From contig CBDATA010000001.1 of assembly GCA_965199715.1 (NCBI GenBank), forward strand, positions 128,001 through 192,000: 64,000 nt of DNA, written 5' to 3'. Below are positions 55,979 to 64,000 of this stretch, piece by piece. The position numbers were made by a program, and so were the translations under genes. The notes under the pieces are model-generated. The model did no database searches. It was not told the DNA's origin and saw nothing but the letters and a program-made list of their open reading frames with translations. Position 1 is the stretch's first letter. The number at the start of each line of letters is the position of its first letter. This DNA comes from Vicinamibacteria bacterium (GTDB lineage Bacteria; Acidobacteriota; Vicinamibacteria; Marinacidobacterales; Marinacidobacteraceae).

Positions 55979-56012
55979 TATGTCCGAATGTGACGCATTC
56001 AGCCGCTAGCGT
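55979..56012 (+). promoter_or_regulatory. Candidate WYL-regulator operator TATGTC-N7-GACGCA with downstream -10 TAGCGT
   Basis: Imperfect palindrome at 55979-55997 covers the -35 position of a TAGCGT -10 (56007-56012) upstream of the WYL gene. Confidence 0.5.
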
Positions 56013-56054
56013 CCCTCTCGTTCCCGCTCAGGAGCGTTGCCCGGAGGGCGTCCC

Positions 56055-57065
56055 ATGAACGACAAGCCAAGACACGAGCGCCTGAAGAAACTCATCGAGC
56101 TGGCGATCAGGCTCCAGCGGCCGCACGGAATGACGCTCGACGAGATCCAGCGCGACTTCGAGGTCAAGCGGCGCACCGCCGAACGCATGCGGGCCACGGT
56201 CGCCGACGCCTTCGGGGAGCTGGAGCGCGTCGAGTCCTGGGAGACCAAGCGCCGCTGGCGGCTTCGCTCGACGACGGTCCACCACCTCATCCTGATCTCC
56301 CCGGGGGAGCTCGCCGAACTGGAGACCGCGGCGAGGGCCGCGGAGACGTCCAGCCTCGAGGATCGCGCGAAGGCGCTGCGCAGCATCGCGGAGAAGGTCC
56401 ACGCGGCTCTCCGCCCCGAGTCGCGCCGCCGCGTCGAGTCCGATCTGGGGGCGCTCGTGCAGGCGGAGGGAGTCGCCGTGCAGCCCGGGCCGAGGATCCG
56501 CCTGCCGCCCCAGATGATCCACTCGCTCCGGGAGGCGATCGTCGGCCGCCGCTGGGCGACGTTCAAGTACTTCTCGCAGGACGGCAAGATGCGGGAGCCG
56601 CGGGTGCGCCCCCTCGGGATCCTGTACGGGCGCCGGCCCTTCCTCGTCGCGTCGGGCGAGTGGGGCACCGTGCCGTGGTTGTGGCGGCTCCAGAACGTCC
56701 GCAACATCCACGTCGGCGACGAGACTTTCCCCGATCCGGACTTCGACCTGGCCGACTACGCGAGCCATTCGTTCGGCGTGTACCAAGAGGAGCCGGTGGA
56801 CGTCGTGCTGCGGTTCGGCGCCAGCGTGGACGCGGACGCCGCCGACTTCCTGTTCCACGTGAACCAGACCACCGAGACGAACGCGGACGGATCGCTCACG
56901 GTCCGGTTCCGCGCCGGCGGCATGATCGAGATGTGCCACCACCTGTTCACGTGGGGCGACAGCGTCACGATCGAACAGCCGAAGGAGCTGCGGGAGCAGC
57001 TTGCGAAGATGGCCGCCCAGGTGGCCGCCCACCACGGCCCGCCCCGCCCACACCCGCAGGCGTAG
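56055..57065 (+). CDS. HTH-WYL-WCX transcriptional regulator, DriD-like
   Basis: MTLDEI..FEVKRRTAERMR, LVQAE.VAVQPGPR, PLGILYG, SFGVY, FH..Q....DGSLTVRFRAGGMIEMCHHLFTWGD. Closely resembles Caulobacter DriD as recalled. Confidence 0.9.
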   Translation: MNDKPRHERLKKLIELAIRLQRPHGMTLDEIQRDFEVKRRTAERMRATVADAFGELERVESWETKRRWRLRSTTVHHLILISPGELAELETAARAAETSSLEDRAKALRSIAEKVHAALRPESRRRVESDLGALVQAEGVAVQPGPRIRLPPQMIHSLREAIVGRRWATFKYFSQDGKMREPRVRPLGILYGRRPFLVASGEWGTVPWLWRLQNVRNIHVGDETFPDPDFDLADYASHSFGVYQEEPVDVVLRFGASVDADAADFLFHVNQTTETNADGSLTVRFRAGGMIEMCHHLFTWGDSVTIEQPKELREQLAKMAAQVAAHHGPPRPHPQA

Positions 57066-57072
57066 GCGACCG

Positions 57073-57846
57073 ATGTCCCCGATCCGCTCGCGTGAGCTGC
57101 GCCCGATGGCCCGCCGGAGCTCCGCTCGGCGGGGGAAGGCGCGTCCGAAACGGCGTCCGTCTCGGCCCTTCGATCCCGGCCGGCGCCCCCCTTCCGGCGC
57201 GGAGGTTCCCGTCGGAGGCGTCGCGCCGACGCGCCCCGGCCGGGCGCGCGCCTCCCGGGGCGGAGGCCTCAACCTGTCTCGGGAACAAGTCGAAGGCGTC
57301 ATCGGGGAGCTGAACAAGGCGGCGAAGTGGCGGGTGACGCTGACGTTCTTGCCGAAGATGGCGCAAGCCCGATGGCGCGTGGCGCTCGCTTGGGTGGACG
57401 CGGCGATGCCCTGCGCGCCGATGCGGTTCCCGCGCTGGTATCGCTGGATCGGCCTGGGCGCGCTCTCGTACACGCCCATCCGCCGTGGGCGAACGCGACG
57501 ACTCGGAGCACCGATGTCTCACGACGACGAAATCGTGCCCGAACGTACCGTCTGGCACTGGCTTGCCCACCGGGAAGCGCCGCTCCGATCGATTCCAGAA
57601 CGCGGTCGAGCGGCCATTCGGGAATGGGCCCGCCGCGCGCGACTCAAGCGGCGCACGGGGAGCAAGTCCCTGTACCGCACGCTCAACAATGCGATCGACC
57701 AACACGAGAGGCCCCGCCACTTCGCCGACCGGCATGACCTCGGCACGGCGCCGGCCGACGTCGCGGGTTTCTTCGACTTCTACGAGGCGCGGAAGGAGCG
57801 GCTGCGGCCGAAGCTGCACGACCGGCTCGTGGATCCCGCCGCCTGA
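57073..57846 (+). CDS. Hypothetical, probably mosaic/remnant ORF
   Basis: Open frame after the WYL gene; low-complexity Arg/Pro N-terminus; internal GGAG+ATG at 57514; tail FFDFYEARKERLRPKL. Confidence 0.4.
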   Translation: MSPIRSRELRPMARRSSARRGKARPKRRPSRPFDPGRRPPSGAEVPVGGVAPTRPGRARASRGGGLNLSREQVEGVIGELNKAAKWRVTLTFLPKMAQARWRVALAWVDAAMPCAPMRFPRWYRWIGLGALSYTPIRRGRTRRLGAPMSHDDEIVPERTVWHWLAHREAPLRSIPERGRAAIREWARRARLKRRTGSKSLYRTLNNAIDQHERPRHFADRHDLGTAPADVAGFFDFYEARKERLRPKLHDRLVDPAA

Positions 57847-57913
57847 CCGCCCCGAACCCGCCAGGGCGTGTACGATCCCGGCATTCGGCTGGCGCCGGCG
57901 CGGCCCTGCCGCC

Positions 57914-58000
57914 GGAGAGGTGCTGGAGTGGCTGAACAGGGCTGCCTGCTAAGCAGTTGCACGGGGAACCGTGCCGAGGGTTCGAATCCCTCCCTCTCCG
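57914..58000 (+). tRNA. tRNA-Ser (anticodon GCT); CCA not encoded (followed by CCG)
   Basis: Acceptor GGAGAGG/CCTCTCC, anticodon arm GCTGC-CT-GCT-AA-GCAGT, variable arm GCACGG/CCGTGC, T arm GAGGG-TTCGAAT-CCCTC. Confidence 0.95.
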
Positions 58001-60831
58001 CCGGGCCGGCCGCCGTCCTCCTCCTGCTCGCCCTCGCCGCGGCCCCAGCCGCCGCCCAGCCCACCGGGGGCGCGACCGGGGTCGTGACCGACGAGACCGG
58101 CGGCGTCCTTCCCGGAGCGCGGGTCTCGCTCGTCCTCGCCGAGCGCGGAGTCCTCCGCGAGCAGGTCGCCGGACCGACGGGTCGGTTCGGGTTCGCCGGG
58201 CTCCAGCCGGGGGCGTGGACCGTGAGCGCGTCGCTCGCCGGCTTCCGGGACGCGACCCCCGCCGAGGTGGTCGTCGCGGCCGGTTCGGTGACCGAGGTGA
58301 ACCTGCGCCTCTCGATCGCCGGGGTCGCCGAGAGCGTCACCGCGGTGCGGGCGCTCGACCTGCGGGGCGGCGGCGTCCGCGAGACGGTGGACGCGCCGAT
58401 GCTCGAGAACCTCCCCAACACGCGCGACGTCTGGACTGTTCTCGAGCAGACGCCGGGCGTGATGATGGACAAGGTCAACGTGGGCGGGGCCGAGAGCGGC
58501 CAGCAGTCGCTCATGTCCGCCGCCGGGTCGGCGTGGACCCAGAACCAGTACTACCTGAACGGGGTCAACGTGACCGACCCCGGGGCGATGGGCGCGACGA
58601 TCACCTACTTCTCCTACGACAGCTTCGAGGAGGTCGAGGTCTCGACCGCCGGCCACCGCGCCGAAATCCAGACGCCGGGGGTGTTCCTGAACGTCGTGAC
58701 CCGTCGCGGCGACAACCGCTTCCAGGGGAGCGCCAGCTTCTTCTACGAGCACGAGCGCTTCCAGGCCGAGAACCTCGACGACGGGCTGCGCGCCCGGGGC
58801 GTGGGACAGGCGAACCGGCTGAAGCGGCTGCTGGACGGAAGCGCCGACTTGGGCGGCCCGATCCGCCGGGATCGGGCGTGGTTCTACTTCAACTACTCCC
58901 GCTTCCGGGTGGAGCCGTTCCTCCCCGGCTTCTTCCTCGAGAACGGCGAACCCGGAGTGGATCTCACCGAGCTGGAGAACGTGCTCGGGCGGGCCAGCGT
59001 CCGGATCGCCGAAGGCCACGAGATCGGGGCGTTCTACTACCGCAACCGGAAGTTCCGGCCGTATCGGAACGCGAGCCTGTTCCGCCCCCGGCCCGAGACG
59101 ACGCTCCACCAGGACTCGACCATGACGCTGGGGCAGCTCTCGTGGTCCGGGGTCTTCGGCGAATCCACGCTCGCCGAGGCGCGCGTCAGCGTCGTGGACC
59201 TCTACTTCCCCTACGGAGCGCAGCCCGACCGGGAGCCCGAGGTCTCGCGCTGGGAGCTGAACACCGGGGTCTGGTACGGCGGCTCCGGCGCCAACACGAT
59301 CTACGAGCGCGACCGCTGGCAGGCGAGCGGCAGCGTGACCGCCTTCCGGGACGGGCTCTTCGGCGGGACCAACGAGTTCAAGATCGGCTTCGAGGCCACG
59401 AGGAACCCGGGCCGCACGACCCACGACCTCCACGAGGGGATCGTCTATGTCCACGACCGGGTCCGGCCCATCGAGGTCACGCTCTACAGCGACCCGGTCG
59501 CGACCAGGAACGTCACCCGCAACGTCGGCTTCTACGCCCAGGACACGCTCGTGCGCGGGCCGCTCATCCTCGAGGCCGGGCTGCGGGCGGACTGGTGGGA
59601 CGCGGGCTTCCCCGACCAGTCGCAGGAGGCCGGCCGGTGGAGCGAAGCCTTCGCGGCGTTCGGCGTTCCGCTGCGGACCGAGGGCCGGTCGGGGCTCGCG
59701 TCGTGGTTCGGGATCGCTCCGCGCCTCGGGGTCCACTACCGGCTGACCGACGACGGGCGGACGTGGATCCGGGGGAGCGCCGGGCGCTACCTCCACCAGA
59801 TGGGCCTCGCGATCCCCGGCTTCGGCAACCCGAACGCCCGCGCCTCGGCCCGGTTCCGGCTCGACGATCGCAACTTCAACCGCCTGCTCGACCCGGGCGA
59901 GGCGGACCTCGCAAGCCCGCTCAGCGTCTTCATCCCGGTGCGCAATGAGATCGATCCCGACCTGATGCAGCCGCGCACCGACGAGTTGACGCTCGGGATC
60001 CACCGGGAGCTCGGGCGCGGCGTCACCGTCGGCCTCACCGGAATTCTGCGGGAGGAGCGGAATCTCATCGAGGACGTGGACGTGGGGGTTCCGGCGAGCG
60101 CGTGGCGGGCGACCGACCACTTCGACCCCGGGCGCGACTTCGTCCGGGGCACCGACGACGACGTTCCGCTCACGCTGTGGCTCCAGGACCCGGCGACGCT
60201 CGGCCAGAGCCGCTTCCGCCTGACGAACCCCGGGCTCGACGCGAGCTACCGGGGGCTGATCCTCGAGGCGCGAAGGCGCTACGCGGGCGGCTGGCAGCTT
60301 CTCGCGTCGGTGACGGTAAGCCGCTCCACCGGCTGGCTCCCCGGCCCCGGCGACCAGGTGGACGAGGGGACCGGGTTTCCCGGGGAGCTCCTGAACACGC
60401 CGAACCACGGCGACCTCCACCAGGGCCGGACGTTCTGGGACCGGCCCTTCATCGCCCGGCTCTCGGGGAGCCGCCGCCTGCGCTGGGGCCTTTCGGCGGC
60501 GGGGTCGCTGCGGGCGCACTCGGGCTGGCCCAACTACCGCTCGGTGATCTTCACCCAGACCCTCGACGGCCGGCCGTTGCCCCAGGGCAGCACCGAGGTG
60601 ATCGTGGAGCCGCCCGGAGCCGCCCGCTCGCCCGCGGTCCCGCTCCTCGACTTCCGGCTGGATCACCGGCTGGAACTCGGCGGAGCCGAGATCGCGACGT
60701 TCCTCGATCTGTTCAACGCGCTCAACCTGAACAACGTCGTCGGCGAAGGCTCCCGCGACGACGCCTTCGGGGCGGTGGTCGGGATCCTGCCGCCGCGGGT
60801 CGCCCGGATCGGGATGCGCCTGCGCTTCTGA
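57928..60831 (+). CDS. TonB-dependent receptor, Oar-like, with N-terminal carboxypeptidase-regulatory domain; start overlaps tRNA-Ser
   Basis: AVLLLLALAAAPAAA-Q signal, GVVTDETGGVLPGA, ENLPNTRD, YYLNGVNVTDP, DLGGPI, APRLG; C-terminal RIGMRLRF. Start codon uncertain. Confidence 0.85.
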   Translation: MAEQGCLLSSCTGNRAEGSNPSLSAGPAAVLLLLALAAAPAAAQPTGGATGVVTDETGGVLPGARVSLVLAERGVLREQVAGPTGRFGFAGLQPGAWTVSASLAGFRDATPAEVVVAAGSVTEVNLRLSIAGVAESVTAVRALDLRGGGVRETVDAPMLENLPNTRDVWTVLEQTPGVMMDKVNVGGAESGQQSLMSAAGSAWTQNQYYLNGVNVTDPGAMGATITYFSYDSFEEVEVSTAGHRAEIQTPGVFLNVVTRRGDNRFQGSASFFYEHERFQAENLDDGLRARGVGQANRLKRLLDGSADLGGPIRRDRAWFYFNYSRFRVEPFLPGFFLENGEPGVDLTELENVLGRASVRIAEGHEIGAFYYRNRKFRPYRNASLFRPRPETTLHQDSTMTLGQLSWSGVFGESTLAEARVSVVDLYFPYGAQPDREPEVSRWELNTGVWYGGSGANTIYERDRWQASGSVTAFRDGLFGGTNEFKIGFEATRNPGRTTHDLHEGIVYVHDRVRPIEVTLYSDPVATRNVTRNVGFYAQDTLVRGPLILEAGLRADWWDAGFPDQSQEAGRWSEAFAAFGVPLRTEGRSGLASWFGIAPRLGVHYRLTDDGRTWIRGSAGRYLHQMGLAIPGFGNPNARASARFRLDDRNFNRLLDPGEADLASPLSVFIPVRNEIDPDLMQPRTDELTLGIHRELGRGVTVGLTGILREERNLIEDVDVGVPASAWRATDHFDPGRDFVRGTDDDVPLTLWLQDPATLGQSRFRLTNPGLDASYRGLILEARRRYAGGWQLLASVTVSRSTGWLPGPGDQVDEGTGFPGELLNTPNHGDLHQGRTFWDRPFIARLSGSRRLRWGLSAAGSLRAHSGWPNYRSVIFTQTLDGRPLPQGSTEVIVEPPGAARSPAVPLLDFRLDHRLELGGAEIATFLDLFNALNLNNVVGEGSRDDAFGAVVGILPPRVARIGMRLRF

Positions 60832-61577
60832 TGGGCGACTGGGATCCGGACGGCTACGCGAAGTTCCGCGAGTTTCGGGCGCGTTCGGCGCGGGATCCGA
60901 TCGCCCGCATCCCGCTCCGGCGCGCGTCGTTCGTCTGCGATCTCGGCTGCGGAACCGGCGAGATCACGAGCGTGCTCGCCGAGCGGTTCCCCGAGGCGCG
61001 GGTGGTCGGGATCGACGCGTCGCCGGCGATGCTCGCCCGCGCCCCGAAAGGGCCGCGTCGAATGGGTCCGCGCCGACGTCGCGACATGGAAGCCCTACCA
61101 GCGGCCCGACCTCATCTTCTCGAACGGGGAGCTCCACTGGCTCGACCGCCACGAGGAGCTGTTTCCGCGGCTCATGGGCATGCTGGCGCCGGGCGGCCAG
61201 CTCGCGGTCCAGATGCCGCTCGGACGCGGGCAGCCGGCCCCCGACCTCATGCTGGAGACGCTCGGCGACCACCCGCTCAGGGCCGCCGCCGCACGCGACC
61301 GGGTGCTCGATCCCGCGGCCTACCACGAGCTGCTCGCGCCGTTCCGCCGGGATCTGGATGTCTGGGAGACCGAGCGCCACCACCGGCTCGAGGGCGAGGA
61401 ACCGGACTTCGAGTGGGTGCGGGCGACCGCGCTGCGCCCGATCCTGAACGGCCTCGCAGGCGCCGAACGCGAGAGGTTCGTCGCCGAGTGCCGGGAGCGG
61501 CTTCGCGCCGCCGATCCGGGGGGGCCGACGGGGTCACCGGGTTCCGGTTCCGGCGGCTCTTTCTCATCGCGCGCTGA
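60831..61577 (+). pseudogene. tam: trans-aconitate 2-methyltransferase with two compensating frameshifts
   Basis: WDPDGY..DLGCGTG..GIDASPAML in one frame; VEWVRADVATW..DLIFSN..LHW..GGQLAVQMP..DVWET in the +1 frame; FRRLFLIAR* back in the first frame. Confidence 0.82.
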
Positions 61578-62502
61578 CGACCGCCCGGACCAGCTCCGGA
61601 TCCAACCGGTCGGCGGCCTCCTCTCGAACCCGCCGCGCCAGCGCCTCCAGCGCGGATCGGTCGGGGCTGGCGAACCGCACGCCGGCCTCCCGCAGCGCCT
61701 CGAGCGCGTCTTCGTCCTGCCGCCGGTACTCCGCCCGCTCCGCGTCGATGGACGCCCGCGCCGCCCGAAGGATCGCCGCTTGTTCGGCCGGCGCGAGCCC
61801 GTCGAAGAAGCGGCGGCTCATCACCAGCGGCTGGACCAAGTACATCCAGCCGATCTCGGACCAGTACGGCGCGACCTCGTAGAACCGCTTCGAGAGGTAG
61901 TTCGAGCGGGCCGCCTCGGCGCCGTCGATCACCCCCTGCTCCAGCGCGGTGTACACCTCGCCGTAGGCCATCGGCAGCGGACTCGCCCCGAACGCCGAGA
62001 ACGCCCTCAGGTGGAGCGGGTTCTCCATGGTTCGGATCTTGAGCCCGGCGAGGTCCTCGGTCCGCTCGACGGCGCGGTTCGTGGTCATCAGGTGCCGCAG
62101 CCCGGCCTCGAAGTACCCCAGCAGCACGAGGCCCCGCTCGCGCAGCGGCTCCTCGAACCGCCGACCGACCGGGCCGTCGAGCACCGAGTAGAGGTGCGGG
62201 CGATCCCGGAACAGGTACGGCAGGTCGAACACCAGCATGTCGGGGACGAAGGTCGCGAGCGGGGCGTTCGCGACCGCGGCGACCTGCACCGCACCGAGGA
62301 TCGCGAGCTCGATGACGTCGCGTTCCGAGCCGAGCGCGTTGTTCGGGTGGACCTCCACGCGCATCCCGGATTGCGCGAGCTCGTCGCGGAAGACTTCGAG
62401 CCCGCGGACCGCCGGCTCGTTCGCGGCGGCGCTGGAGCTCGCCCGAATCGCCGGCGCGTCCCCGGTGCACCCGGCGAGCAGCAGCGGGGCGAGCCAGCGC
62501 AT
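61564..62502 (-). CDS. dctP: TRAP transporter substrate-binding protein (lipoprotein)
   Basis: MRWLAPLLLAGC lipobox; DLPYLF, DLAGLKIR and PMAYGEVYTALEQGVIDG motifs. Confidence 0.9.
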   Translation of the reverse strand: MRWLAPLLLAGCTGDAPAIRASSSAAANEPAVRGLEVFRDELAQSGMRVEVHPNNALGSERDVIELAILGAVQVAAVANAPLATFVPDMLVFDLPYLFRDRPHLYSVLDGPVGRRFEEPLRERGLVLLGYFEAGLRHLMTTNRAVERTEDLAGLKIRTMENPLHLRAFSAFGASPLPMAYGEVYTALEQGVIDGAEAARSNYLSKRFYEVAPYWSEIGWMYLVQPLVMSRRFFDGLAPAEQAAILRAARASIDAERAEYRRQDEDALEALREAGVRFASPDRSALEALARRVREEAADRLDPELVRAVVSAR

Positions 62503-63752
62503 CACAGCATCCCAAGCCAGCGGGGAAGCGCGGTCGCGGCGCCCGGAACCACAGTGATCCCGAGCAGCACCGCGACCATGGCGAGGACCGGGCGGACGGT
62601 CCAGACGGCCACCTCGCCGACGCTGCGCTTCGCCACGGTGCACGCCACGAAGAGCGTTGCGCCGTAGGGCGGCGTGACCATGCCGATGCACAGGTTCACC
62701 GACGCCAGCACCCCGAAGTGCACCGGATCGACTCCCGCCTGAATCGCCAGCGGGAACAGGATCGGCATGATGACGATGATCGCGGAGATGCTCTCCATGA
62801 ACATCCCGGCGACGATCAGGACCGCGTTCGCCGCGAGGAGGAACCAAAGCGCGTCCGAGGCGAACGCCGCCGCGTGGCCGCCGAGCTGCTCGGGAACCCG
62901 ACCGGCGGCGAGGAGCCACGCGAGCAGGAACGCGCTGGTCGCGACGAAGAGCACGACCGCCGAACGAAGCGCCGCGCCGACCAGAAGCTCGCGCAGCCAG
63001 CCGGGCCGCAGCTTCCCCCCGGCGAGGCCGAAGACGAGCCCGTAGGCCACGGCGACCCCCGCGGCTTCCGTCGCGGTGAAGACGCCCGAGAGGACGCCCC
63101 CGAGCACGACCGTTGGCATCCCGAGCGCGGGCAGCGCGCCGAGGACCGCCTGGCCGAGCGAACCCTCGGCCGGCGGAGCGGTCTCGTGGCCGCGCCGGAG
63201 ACTGATCCCGACGAGCGCCGCCGCCATGAGGAACCCGGGGACGATCCCGCCGACGAAGAGCGCCGCGATCGAGGTTCCGGTCACGTAGCCCATCACGATC
63301 ATGATGATGCTGGGCGGGATGATCGGGCCGAGCGCTCCCCCCGCCGCCTGGAGCGCCGTCGCGAATCCGACCGGGTAGCCGCGCTCGCGCATCGCCGGAA
63401 TCATCATCGTGCCGACCGCGGCGGTGCTGGCGCTGGAGCTTCCGGAGACGCTCGCGAAGAACATCGACGAGACCACCGACGCGATCGGAAGCCCGCCCCG
63501 AAGCCGCCCGAACAGCGTGACGACCCGGCGCGAGATCCCCGAGGCGTTCATGAGCTCGCCGGCGAGGATGAACAGCGGCACGGCCATGAGCGCCCACGAG
63601 TTGAGCGCCGCGAACGCGCGCTGTGGCATGAGTTCGAGGGGCAGCCGCCCGTCGGCGAGGATCGCCGCCATCCCGCTGAGGCCGATCGCGAACGCGACCG
63701 GCACGCCCAGCGCGAGCAGCAGGACGAGACTGACGAGAAGCGCCGGGATCAC
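62502..63752 (-). CDS. dctM: TRAP transporter large permease
   Basis: AVPLFILAGELMN, SGSSSA, IIPPSI, FTATEA, DPVHFG and TPPYG motifs. Confidence 0.93.
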   Translation of the reverse strand: MIPALLVSLVLLLALGVPVAFAIGLSGMAAILADGRLPLELMPQRAFAALNSWALMAVPLFILAGELMNASGISRRVVTLFGRLRGGLPIASVVSSMFFASVSGSSSASTAAVGTMMIPAMRERGYPVGFATALQAAGGALGPIIPPSIIMIVMGYVTGTSIAALFVGGIVPGFLMAAALVGISLRRGHETAPPAEGSLGQAVLGALPALGMPTVVLGGVLSGVFTATEAAGVAVAYGLVFGLAGGKLRPGWLRELLVGAALRSAVVLFVATSAFLLAWLLAAGRVPEQLGGHAAAFASDALWFLLAANAVLIVAGMFMESISAIIVIMPILFPLAIQAGVDPVHFGVLASVNLCIGMVTPPYGATLFVACTVAKRSVGEVAVWTVRPVLAMVAVLLGITVVPGAATALPRWLGML

Positions 63753-64000
63753 GAGCGCAGGACCTCGATCGCGGCGAGCGTCATGAGCGCCCCGCTCGCC
63801 GGGATCGCGGCGTAGGCCCAGACCATGGAGACGCCCAGCGCGGGCGAGGTCTGGAGCGCCGCCACCTCAAGCAGGCGCAGCCCGTAGAACGCGAGCGCCA
63901 GCGAGAACAGCCCGACGAGGCCGGTCGTGACGTAGCGCAGGAACGGGAAGCGCGGGCTGACCCAGTCCACCGCGAGGTGGAGCCCGCGCCGGACGCACAC
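63749..64000 (-). CDS. dctQ: TRAP transporter small permease (3' part; runs off window end)
   Basis: HLAVD...QTSPALGVSMVWAYAAIP; adjacent to dctM. Confidence 0.85.
   Translation of the reverse strand: MCVRRGLHLAVDWVSPRFPFLRYVTTGLVGLFSLALAFYGLRLLEVAALQTSPALGVSMVWAYAAIPASGALMTLAAIEVLRS

Noticed and set aside
55813-58000. tRNA-integrated genomic island containing the WYL gene
   Set aside because: The block lies at the 5' sides of both tRNAs; no integrase and no duplicated tRNA 3' fragment seen.
54720-58003. Inverted repeats flanking an invertible segment
   Set aside because: The similarity is just the T-arm/acceptor ends of two oppositely oriented tRNA-Ser genes.
61174-62667. 497-aa plus-strand ORF as a separate gene
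   Set aside because: Its 5' part is the shifted middle of tam; the remainder is antisense to dctP.

Overview
Very GC-rich, gene-dense bacterial chromosomal segment. The gene repertoire (Oar-like TonB receptor, carboxypeptidase-regulatory/TPR proteins, Tat-exported class V aminotransferase, peptidase-Omp85) looks Acidobacteriota-like; this is inference. Housekeeping content includes korAB, Ku plus a ligase-only LigD, an erpA-like gene, clpB, kbl, queG, an FprA-like reductase, smpB, a partial T2SS/pilin cluster, dprA-topA-xerC, pncA-pncB, serS, three tRNAs (Ser-TGA, Gln-CTG, Ser-GCT) and a TRAP transporter. Four things stand out. (1) A translationally coupled operon encodes four secreted Ig-like + LVIVD beta-propeller paralogues with conserved His motifs and diversified loops, plus a His/Met-rich YVTN propeller; it is a candidate uncharacterised extracytoplasmic metal (Cu?) enzyme system. 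(2) The only plausible start codon and Shine-Dalgarno of a TonB-dependent receptor lie inside an intact tRNA-Ser gene. (3) A DriD-like WYL regulator with a candidate operator is followed by a mosaic remnant ORF. (4) A tam gene has two compensating frameshifts, and there is an unannotated headless 2-TM gene fragment. No CRISPR array, rRNA, transposase or prophage was seen. All family assignments come from motif recognition by eye, not database searches.
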